Assembly (NCBI GenBank): GCA_021850705.1
Contig: JAJZKU010000001.1
Span: 157 to 64,156 of the forward strand
Direction of reading: 5' to 3'
Source: Candidatus Micrarchaeota archaeon
Lineage (GTDB): Archaea > Micrarchaeota > Micrarchaeia > Micrarchaeales > CABMGC01
Length of the DNA stretch: 64,000 nt
Every line of letters begins with the position of its first letter. Within the stretch, counting starts at the first letter, position 1. The notes beneath the pieces are model-generated. The model did no database searches. It saw only the letters and a program-made list of their open reading frames with translations, and was not told the DNA's origin. Made by a program: the position numbers and the translations under genes. Shown here in pieces: positions 9,104-16,967 of the stretch.

Positions 9104-9883
9104 TTACTTACTTTTTAAACCTTTTATGAAAAGCTTGGCATTCTCCCTATCTACCATATCAAGCTTGCTTCCGCAATCCGAGCATTTAAAACCATATTCT
9201 ATAGCAGAATCGAAAGGCAGTATTAACATGTTGTTTTCATAGCATTTCTTGCATAAGAAGAAGTCATTGCAGTTATCTTGGAGAACAGCTTCCACAGCAA
9301 CAGGCGCATTCTTATGCGCATTTGCATACTCAGAAAGCTTTTCAGCATCTATCCTCCATGTAAAAATGAGCCAACCGCTATTGTCCTTAGTTACATCATA
9401 CTTGGTTATTCCGTGCCCGTTCATCATGTTTAGCGCCCTCCTCACCTCATTTATCTTCATCTCAAGCTTCTCCGCAATCTTCTCATCCGTCTGAGGCTTC
9501 TTATAAAGGGTCTTAACTATGTCTACAGACCTGTCCCCTACTGTATTTGTCAGGTGCACGGTGAAATTAGGGTCGGTAAAAACCTCCTCCACAACCTCCA
9601 TATCATGCTTTCTGTGCTCATGCTCCAAAGCTTCGGCCTCCTTCTCCCTGCGCTCCTTCAATGTCTCCTTAACCGCGACCTTAGGCACTACGCTGGCACT
9701 CTTATGAACGTTCTTAGTATTAACTGCTACTTTCTTTGCTGCATGCTGCACAGGGCGCTTATTTGGCTTAACTGCTGCCTTATGCGGCTTTATGTGTAAA
9801 TGGGCCTTATTCGACTTCTTTGCAGTAGGTTTCTGATGCTTATTCTTAGAACTCCTTCCTTTGTTTTTGTTTGGTTTTGGCAT
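9104..9883 (-). CDS. tfe: Transcription factor E alpha (TFE) with a ~100-aa lysine-rich N-terminal extension
   Basis: C-terminal wHTH plus Zn-ribbon (CKKC...CSDCG). Start set at MPKPNK because the TATA-like box at ~9925-9935 is too close to the 9919 ATG. Confidence 0.75.
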   Translation of the reverse strand: MPKPNKNKGRSSKNKHQKPTAKKSNKAHLHIKPHKAAVKPNKRPVQHAAKKVAVNTKNVHKSASVVPKVAVKETLKERREKEAEALEHEHRKHDMEVVEEVFTDPNFTVHLTNTVGDRSVDIVKTLYKKPQTDEKIAEKLEMKINEVRRALNMMNGHGITKYDVTKDNSGWLIFTWRIDAEKLSEYANAHKNAPVAVEAVLQDNCNDFFLCKKCYENNMLILPFDSAIEYGFKCSDCGSKLDMVDRENAKLFIKGLKSK

Positions 9884-10057
9884 GAGGATCACTTTGAGGG
9901 ACAAGACAATATTATGCACGTTCTTCTATTTAAACATATTGCTTCAACAAGCCCGAAGCGTTGTCGCCTACACTAAAATATGTCTTTCCTGATATTTAAA
10001 TACGATGGTTTTGTCTCTGGTATACATATGGTTCTGGCTAAGGAAAATAGCATAATA

Positions 10058-10132
10058 TGGGCCCGGAGGGATTTGAACCCTCGACTTGCTGGTTAAGAGC
10101 CAGCCACTCTGACCAAACTGAGTTACGGACCC
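10058..10132 (-). tRNA. tRNA-Lys (anticodon CTT)
   Basis: 75-nt cloverleaf: acceptor GGGTCCG/CGGGCCC, anticodon arm GCTGG-CTCTTAA-CCAGC, T-arm GAGGG-TTCAAAT-CCCTC. Confidence 0.9.
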
Positions 10133-11019
10133 GGTTGTTTTCTCTTCCTGGCTGCGCCAGCCATATTCATCATAATAAGGCTTGCAAGATGTGCTGTCAT
10201 ACCCCGAGAATCATACTTTGGGTTGAGCTCCATTACATCAAAGCCAAGATTTACGCTCTTTCCTATAGTAGAAGCAATATATAATATTTCCCTTGCTGCA
10301 AGTCCGCCTGGTACCGGAGTGCTTACTCCAGGAGCGAAAGCAGGGTCCACAGAGTCAAGGTCAATAGAGACATATACATTATCGGTTACCATGCTTCTTG
10401 CATACTTCGAAACAGCAACTATTCCCTCATCTATTATCTTGTCCATACCCACAAACTTTATGCCTGCTTTTTCAACCTCTGCCATCTCCTCATTCTCTAT
10501 GGCACGCGCTCCTATTATCAGGCTTGAGCCAGGCTCAACATTCTTCAAAGCAAGGACATCGTGTACTACCGAACCGTAATACCTTCCAGCAGAACCCACA
10601 CAATCAGGATGCGCATCTATATAGACAAAACTCCAAGAGTCAACGCATGAATCTATACCTCTGAGTATCTCATAAGTTATAGAATGATCCCCGCCTATGC
10701 ACCCTACCACTCTTTTATTCAAAACCTGCTTTCTTACAAATTCTTCAACTCTCGTCTTTTGGATATTGCCTGCATCATAACAGTTAAGTGGTCCTGAACC
10801 TAACCTGCTATACATTAATGATGAACTCTTCCCCCTCCTTACAGAATCAAACTTTACCGACGTTGCCCTTGCAGCCTCAGGGCCTCCCGAACTCCCCTTC
10901 CTGGGAGCTCTGGAACCTCTCTCACTTGCAACACCGAATATTACCGTATCTGAACTCTTTTCATCAGGAGAGGTACACCATGGAAAAACAAGTTTTCTGC
11001 CTTTTGCCAAAAATAACAC
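10123..11019 (-). CDS. speB: Agmatinase / ureohydrolase family
   Basis: GGDHSIT, DAHPD and SIDLDSVDPAFAPG metal-binding motifs; GTG start lies inside repeat copy A. Confidence 0.8.
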   Translation of the reverse strand: MLFLAKGRKLVFPWCTSPDEKSSDTVIFGVASERGSRAPRKGSSGGPEAARATSVKFDSVRRGKSSSLMYSRLGSGPLNCYDAGNIQKTRVEEFVRKQVLNKRVVGCIGGDHSITYEILRGIDSCVDSWSFVYIDAHPDCVGSAGRYYGSVVHDVLALKNVEPGSSLIIGARAIENEEMAEVEKAGIKFVGMDKIIDEGIVAVSKYARSMVTDNVYVSIDLDSVDPAFAPGVSTPVPGGLAAREILYIASTIGKSVNLGFDVMELNPKYDSRGMTAHLASLIMMNMAGAARKRKQPGP

Positions 11020-11164
11020 CTGCTACAAAATATGTATATTAAAGCATTATAAACACGCCATCTCCAGCTTCAAAACAGTTCAGAGAACGTCTTGATAGTC
11101 AATGTGCAATAGACATATGGATAAAAACGATTACTGTCAGCTACAGGTTTAACCTCTTGAAAAG
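11004..11164. repeat. Direct repeat copy A (speB/gyrB promoter-region duplication)
   Basis: Aligns with 12462-12611 by eye, including a 32-nt identical core AATGTGCAATAGACATATGGATAAAAACGATT (11101-11132 = 12548-12579). Confidence 0.85.
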
Positions 11165-11299
11165 TATATCTTAAATCATTGTAAAACAGTAGTTATGCCG
11201 AGGCTTTGTCGTTTTATTAACACTTCTGTCGTTTTATTCCTTTTTAAAACTCAGCCCAAAATTTTAATATAAAGTCATTCATTATTTTATCGTGATTGT

Positions 11300-11510
11300 A
11301 TGGCAACAAAAGCAAAACAAAGTGCAGAAACTGAGATAGTATCAGATGTGACAGCTATTTTGACACGTCTTGAGCGATCCCGGTAGATTATCTGGAAATG
11401 ATATAGAGAAACTTAAAGAGTCAATAAGAGAACTTTATGCAAAACAGATTATTGGTGAAGTGGAAATGGGTTTGTCGCTCAGAGAGCGTGCAAAACAACG
11501 CACAGATTAA
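11300..11510 (+). pseudogene. Small ORF disrupted by a +1 frameshift (hypothetical, helical)
   Basis: ATG at 11300 gives 28 aa then TAG at 11384-11386. The +1 frame continues GRLSGNDIEKLKESIRELYAKQIIGEVEMGLSLRERAKQRTD to 11510. Confidence 0.2.
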
Positions 11511-12001
11511 TTATTTTGCTTTAAATTTTTAAGCGCCTTGTATCTTTTATAGTATTTCTTAGGGTTATCTTTGCTATTTATAGAAGCCCATTTATAGATA
11601 GCGATGAGGTTTTTAAGACTTACAATTTTTAATTTACAATTACTAAACTTATAATACTTCGGATGGCTCAAATTTATACTCCAAAACTGATAAGAGTCCA
11701 CCTCTATTTTTAAATCATCCCTGAATATCTGTATTGTATGCCATTTAGTTGAATATTTGTATTTTATCTTTCTTTTCGATAATGCTTTATCTATCTTTTT
11801 GAGTGCATTTTCTGAAACAAGAAGATCTATGTCATTTACTCTTATATTGCTATTTTTTGTATATATGAAATAAACCAAACTACCATAAGCAATTGGTGTT
11901 ATCTTTAAATCCTTACATATGATTATTAACTCATTACAAAACGCTATAAGTCTTTTAAACTCCCCCTTATTCCTAGGATATACGGGTTCCAATTTAAACA
12001 C
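11507..12001 (-). CDS. Pol-beta-superfamily nucleotidyltransferase (Lnu/ANT-like size and motif)
   Basis: 164 aa; the G-S...D-x-D signature (YGSLVYFIYTKNSNIRVNDIDLLV) is the minimal NTase motif; strongly AT-rich relative to neighbours. Confidence 0.5.
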   Translation of the reverse strand: MFKLEPVYPRNKGEFKRLIAFCNELIIICKDLKITPIAYGSLVYFIYTKNSNIRVNDIDLLVSENALKKIDKALSKRKIKYKYSTKWHTIQIFRDDLKIEVDSYQFWSINLSHPKYYKFSNCKLKIVSLKNLIAIYKWASINSKDNPKKYYKRYKALKNLKQNN

Positions 12002-12006
12002 TCGTT

Positions 12007-12480
12007 TTAATTGATAAATTTAGCATCTATACCTAACTCGAAACTCTCTTGAATTAGAACATAGATATTATGGCAAAGAACCTTTAAAAGAACCTCGTTT
12101 AACTGTGCCGTTCTGTCCTTGCTTCTAACCAAATCTGTGAACTTCGACTTTATCATCCAAATTGTACTTTCTACATTACTCCTGTTATGGTAATGTGTTA
12201 GAAATTCCTCTCTGTTATAAGTAAAATATCTAAACATCCTCACCCGTGTATAGCTACCACTTGAATTACCAGCCGCATTACTTCTAAACGCTATAAATGG
12301 AGTGTCACCTATTGAACGGACAATGGTGTGGTTATCTCGCGAGCTATACGCTTTATCTGCGGAAGCCAGATCAAATTCTACCTTCCACCAATCGTCCACC
12401 TGCAATCTCAATATTGCAGTCGTTTCCGTGTTCTCCTGCTGAACTTCCATTCCAGGAACCCTTGCCAAAATAACACCCAC
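12007..12480 (-). mobile_element. N-terminally truncated DDE transposase (IS4/IS5 type) remnant
   Basis: Has ADKAYSS (second D region) and an exact Y-x2-R-x3-E-x6-K signature (YHNRSNVESTIWMIK) but lacks the first catalytic-D region. The 5' end is fused to repeat copy B. Confidence 0.6.
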
Positions 12481-12611
12481 TATAAGGCATGTATGAACGT
12501 GCCATCTCCAGCTTCAAAACAGCCTCCAGAGAACGCTTTTAATAGTTAATGTGCAATAGACATATGGATAAAAACGATTCTTAGTAACTACAGTTTTAAC
12601 CTCGGGAAAAC
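12462..12611. repeat. Direct repeat copy B (immediately upstream of gyrB)
   Basis: Partner of 11004-11164, same orientation, with a ~13-nt indel and scattered substitutions. Confidence 0.85.
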
Positions 12612-12631
12612 AATTTATAAATGCTGATAAA

Positions 12632-14536
12632 ATGGCTGACGAAACTTACGATGCTTCAAAGATTATTGTGCTTGAAGGAGCACAGGGCATACGCAAGAGA
12701 CCATCGATGTATATAGGGTCGACAGGTCCATCAGGAATAATACATCTGTTATACGAAGTTATGGATAATGCAGTAGACGAATCCTCTGCCGGATACTGTA
12801 AAAACATAAAAATAAAACTATACAAGCAAGATGGCGCAGACATAGCTGAGGTATCAGACGACGGAAGGGGGATACCTGTAGGGATAATGGAGAAGTACGG
12901 AAAGAGCGCCCTCGAAGTCATAATGACGACACTGCACAAAGGCGCAAAATTCGAGAATGACGTTTACAAGGTATCTGGTGGACTTCATGGTGTAGGACTC
13001 ACCGTAGTAAACGCCCTATCTGAATTCACAGAGGTCACGGTGAAAAGAAACGGCAACATATACAGGCAGACCTTTAGCAGAGGACTCCCAACATCAAAGC
13101 TTGAAGTCATAGGGGAGACCAAGGAGACAGGCACAACAGTAAAGTTCAAGCCAGACTCTGAGATATTCAGTGTAAACACATTTGACATAGCCCTGCTGAA
13201 TGAAAGGTCTCGATACATAAGCTACACCAACGTCGGCCTGCGTATCATAATAACGGATGAGCGCTTCGGAGACAAGGTAGAGGAGACCTACTACTCTGAA
13301 AACGGGATAATCGACTTTGTAGAGTATATAAACAGGGAAAGATCTCCTATAACCTCTGTAATATACGGCAAAACTACTGCAGATTCTACTACGTTGGAGT
13401 ATGCAATGCAGTACACCGAGTCATATGACGAGAAGATAGAGTCTTTTGTAAACAGCATAAAAATGAACGAAGGAGGGACGCACCTTTCAGGTTTCCACGC
13501 TGCATTGACAAGAGCCATAACCAATTACATAGACAAGAACAAGTCTCTCAACACTAAGGCGAAGATAACCGGAGACGATGCAAAAGAAGGCCTTACTGCA
13601 ATAGTGAGTATAAAGATGCAGAATCCGGAATTCGAGGGTCAGACAAAGGAGAAACTGGGAAACGTGAAGATGAAGACCCTTGTAGAGACCTTTGCATACC
13701 AGAACATCTCAAGGTATCTGGAAGAGCATCCTTCAGATGCCAAATCAATAATAAGGAAGATAACCGAGGCTGCAAACGCACGTGACGCTGCAAGGCGTGC
13801 CCGTGAACTTGAGAGAAAGAAGAGCATATTCTCAAGCGCTGTCCTTCCAGGCAAGTTATCGGACTGCATACTCAGCGACCCTGAAAAGACCGAGCTCTTC
13901 ATAGTGGAAGGGGAGAGCGCAGGAGGGTCGAGCAAGCAGGGAAGGGACAAGAACATACAGGCGATACTTCCTTTAAGGGGAAAGATACTCAATGTAGAGA
14001 AGGCAAGCTATGAAAAGATATTCGATAACAAGGAGATAAAAACCATGATTACTGCATTCGGCACAGGTATAAACGAGACATTTAATGCTGCAAACATACG
14101 ATACAAGAAGATAATAATAATGACCGACGCAGACGTTGACGGGAGCCACATAAGGACACTTCTGCTCACATTCTTTTACAGGTACATGCGCAAGATAATA
14201 GAACTCGGTTACGTATACGCTGCACAGCCCCCTCTATATAAAATTGGAAAAGGCAAGGACGAATACTACTGTTACAGCGACGAAGAACTCGCTGAGAAGC
14301 GCAAAGAGTACGGGGAGAATGTAGAGATTCAGAGGTACAAGGGACTCGGAGAGATGAACTACGAGCAGCTATGGGAAACAACAATGAACCCGAAGAACAG
14401 GAAGCTGAAGAAACTATCTATAGAAGACGGTCTTCATGCAGATGAACTTTTCACCATACTTATGGGTGCAGACGTGGCAAAGCGTAGAAGATACCTGCAG
14501 GAACATGCAAAGGAGGTAAAAACACTCGACATATAG
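12632..14536 (+). CDS. gyrB: DNA gyrase subunit B
   Basis: 634 aa with GHKL ATPase N-terminus (VLEGAQGIRKRPSMYIGST), Toprim EGESAGG and PLRGKILNVEKA. Confidence 0.97.
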   Translation: MADETYDASKIIVLEGAQGIRKRPSMYIGSTGPSGIIHLLYEVMDNAVDESSAGYCKNIKIKLYKQDGADIAEVSDDGRGIPVGIMEKYGKSALEVIMTTLHKGAKFENDVYKVSGGLHGVGLTVVNALSEFTEVTVKRNGNIYRQTFSRGLPTSKLEVIGETKETGTTVKFKPDSEIFSVNTFDIALLNERSRYISYTNVGLRIIITDERFGDKVEETYYSENGIIDFVEYINRERSPITSVIYGKTTADSTTLEYAMQYTESYDEKIESFVNSIKMNEGGTHLSGFHAALTRAITNYIDKNKSLNTKAKITGDDAKEGLTAIVSIKMQNPEFEGQTKEKLGNVKMKTLVETFAYQNISRYLEEHPSDAKSIIRKITEAANARDAARRARELERKKSIFSSAVLPGKLSDCILSDPEKTELFIVEGESAGGSSKQGRDKNIQAILPLRGKILNVEKASYEKIFDNKEIKTMITAFGTGINETFNAANIRYKKIIIMTDADVDGSHIRTLLLTFFYRYMRKIIELGYVYAAQPPLYKIGKGKDEYYCYSDEELAEKRKEYGENVEIQRYKGLGEMNYEQLWETTMNPKNRKLKKLSIEDGLHADELFTILMGADVAKRRRYLQEHAKEVKTLDI

Positions 14537-14543
14537 TGGGAAT

Positions 14544-16967
14544 ATGACTGAAGTACAAAATGTATTTTTAGAGGACGAGCTGCAAAGGAGCTACATAGAC
14601 TATGCCATGAGCGTAATCATAGGCAGAGCCATACCTGATGCCAGAGACGGACTCAAGCCTGTGCAAAGAAGAATACTATATACGATGTATGGGCAGAAGA
14701 ACTTCCACAACCTGCCTACAAAGAAGAGCGCGAGGATAACTGGAGACTGTATGGGAAGGTACCATCCACACGGAGACATGGCAATATACGACGCGCTTGC
14801 AAGGATGACACAGGATTTCTCAATGAGGTACATGCTAGCAGAAGGGCAGGGAAACTTCGGTTCCATAGACGGTGACCCTCCGGCAGCAATGAGATATACG
14901 GAGGTAAGGCTCACCAAGGTCTCGGAGGATCTGCTTGAAGATCTTGACAAGGAAACTGTTAATTTTGTACCTAATTTCGACAATACTGAAAAGGAACCTA
15001 CGATACTGCCTTCAAGGATACCAAACCTGCTTGTCAACGGTGCAACAGGGATAGCTGTTGGTGTGGCAACAAGCATACCTCCTCACAACCTGGGAGAGGT
15101 ATGTGAAGCCGTAATCTACCGCATAAAGAACAAGGAAAGCACTCCTGAAGACATTCTTAAGATAATAAAAGGTCCGGACTTCCCTACCGGAGGCATAGCG
15201 GTAATGTCCGCCAACGCACTCAACGGATACAAGTATGGCAGAGGCCAGATATCCGTAAAGGCAAAAGCAGAAATAGACGACGAACTCCACAAAATAATAA
15301 TCACTGAGATACCTTACAACCTTAACAAATCTTCTTTGATAGAGGGCATAGTAAACACGGTCAAGGACAAGAAAACCGAAGACATAAAGGATATAAGGGA
15401 TGAGACTGACAAGAGTGGCATACGCATTGTCATAGATCTGAAAAGCGGTGCATCAGGAGAATCCGTACTGAACACTCTATACAAGCACACTCAGCTTCAG
15501 ACAACAATGCCGATAATAAACCTTGCAGTAATAGATACCGCTCTAAAGAACCTCAATATAGTCGACATGCTTGACGCGTTTATCAACCACCGCCGGGAGG
15601 TGATACTAAGAAGGTCAAAGTACGAACGCGAAGTGGCTGCAAACAGGCTGCATATAGTAGAAGGTCTGCTCATAGCAATAACCAACATAGACGACGTAAT
15701 AAAGCTGATAAAAAGCAGCGACGAAGTCTCAGGCGCAAAGAAAAAGCTCATAAAAGATTACGCCCTATCCGAAAAGCAGGCAACAGCAATACTCGACATG
15801 AAACTGAGCAGGCTTACTCATCTGGAAAACAACTCCCTGGACAAGGAGAAGACCGAACTGCAGGGCAAGGTCAAGTACTACAACGAAGTAATAGAGAGCA
15901 GCGAAAAGGTAGACGGAATAATAATACAAGAGACGGAGAAAGCGATAAAGGATTACAGTGACAAAAGAAGGACGGAAATAATATACTCGGATGAATCAGC
16001 AGACATAACTGAGGAAGATATGATTACAGACGAAGAGATTACTGTGATAAGGACAAAGGCAGGATATGTCAAGAGGCTGAGCAAGGAGAACTACAGGGAG
16101 CAGGCACGCGGAGGAAAGGGTATAATATCGATAAACCTGAAAGACGGGGATTATGTCAATCAGATACTCCGCTGCAATAATAAGGACTTTATACTCTGCA
16201 TAACTAGCACAGGAAGGGCATACTGGCTAAAAGCATATAAAATACCTGAAACAGGGAGATATTCGGAAGGCAAGTCAATAGTAAATCTGATACACGCTGA
16301 AGAAGAGAAGATAGTCTCAATGATACCGATACGCAATTTTGAAGGGTCAACAATGGCTTTCATAACTGCGAGAGGAACTGCGAAGAGGATGAGTGCAAGG
16401 CTCTTTGCAAAGCCCAGGTCAAACGGCGTCAGGGCAATAACGCTGTCAGAAGGAGACGAGATTGTAGATTCAATATGCTACTCTGGCAAGAAATACCTGT
16501 TAATCTCTACAAAGAAAGGTAAGATAATCAAGTTTGAAGAGCAAAACATGAGAACCATAGGAAGGACAGGAATGGGCGTAAGAGGAATAAAGCTCAGGCA
16601 GGATGACAGGGTAACAAACATAATAGCGGCAAGCGAGTTCGGCAGCGTCTTCACAGTAACTGAGAAGGGATACGGAAAAATAACCGAGATAACAAAGTAC
16701 AGGACGCAGAACAGGGGAGGAAAGGGAATCATAAACCTCAAGGTTTCAGAAAAGACAGGCGACGTATCAAAGACACTCTACATGTCACATGAACAGCAGG
16801 CGATACTGATAAATTCAAAGGGAGTCAGCATAACGATACCAACATCATCAATCAGGATAACCGGAAGAGCTGCATCAGGGGTGAGGCTGATGAAGGCCGA
16901 ACAGGGAACGAAGATAATAGACTGTATAATACTTAACGAAGAGCAGCCAAAACCTGCAGAAGCCTAA
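14544..16967 (+). CDS. gyrA: DNA gyrase subunit A
   Basis: 807 aa with RAIPDARDGLKPVQRR and the active-site AAMRYTE region; C-terminal beta-pinwheel repeats. Confidence 0.97.
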   Translation: MTEVQNVFLEDELQRSYIDYAMSVIIGRAIPDARDGLKPVQRRILYTMYGQKNFHNLPTKKSARITGDCMGRYHPHGDMAIYDALARMTQDFSMRYMLAEGQGNFGSIDGDPPAAMRYTEVRLTKVSEDLLEDLDKETVNFVPNFDNTEKEPTILPSRIPNLLVNGATGIAVGVATSIPPHNLGEVCEAVIYRIKNKESTPEDILKIIKGPDFPTGGIAVMSANALNGYKYGRGQISVKAKAEIDDELHKIIITEIPYNLNKSSLIEGIVNTVKDKKTEDIKDIRDETDKSGIRIVIDLKSGASGESVLNTLYKHTQLQTTMPIINLAVIDTALKNLNIVDMLDAFINHRREVILRRSKYEREVAANRLHIVEGLLIAITNIDDVIKLIKSSDEVSGAKKKLIKDYALSEKQATAILDMKLSRLTHLENNSLDKEKTELQGKVKYYNEVIESSEKVDGIIIQETEKAIKDYSDKRRTEIIYSDESADITEEDMITDEEITVIRTKAGYVKRLSKENYREQARGGKGIISINLKDGDYVNQILRCNNKDFILCITSTGRAYWLKAYKIPETGRYSEGKSIVNLIHAEEEKIVSMIPIRNFEGSTMAFITARGTAKRMSARLFAKPRSNGVRAITLSEGDEIVDSICYSGKKYLLISTKKGKIIKFEEQNMRTIGRTGMGVRGIKLRQDDRVTNIIAASEFGSVFTVTEKGYGKITEITKYRTQNRGGKGIINLKVSEKTGDVSKTLYMSHEQQAILINSKGVSITIPTSSIRITGRAASGVRLMKAEQGTKIIDCIILNEEQPKPAEA

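Noticed and set aside
9940-10057. A second TATTTAAATA box and a GC-rich segment between tRNA-Lys and TFE, as a possible small RNA gene
   Set aside because: I could build no convincing stem-loop or box motifs. It may simply be an alternative or bidirectional promoter.
10150-10180. An ATGATGA (C-box-like) sequence just upstream of tRNA-Lys
   Set aside because: It lies in the speB coding frame (LIMMNM) with no D box at guide distance.
12632-16967. Inteins in GyrB/GyrA, and likewise in the PolD large subunit (51267-54662), Orc1 and the thermosome
   Set aside because: The protein lengths (634, 807, 1131, 401 and 551 aa) are normal, and no intein-type insertion interrupts the conserved motifs.
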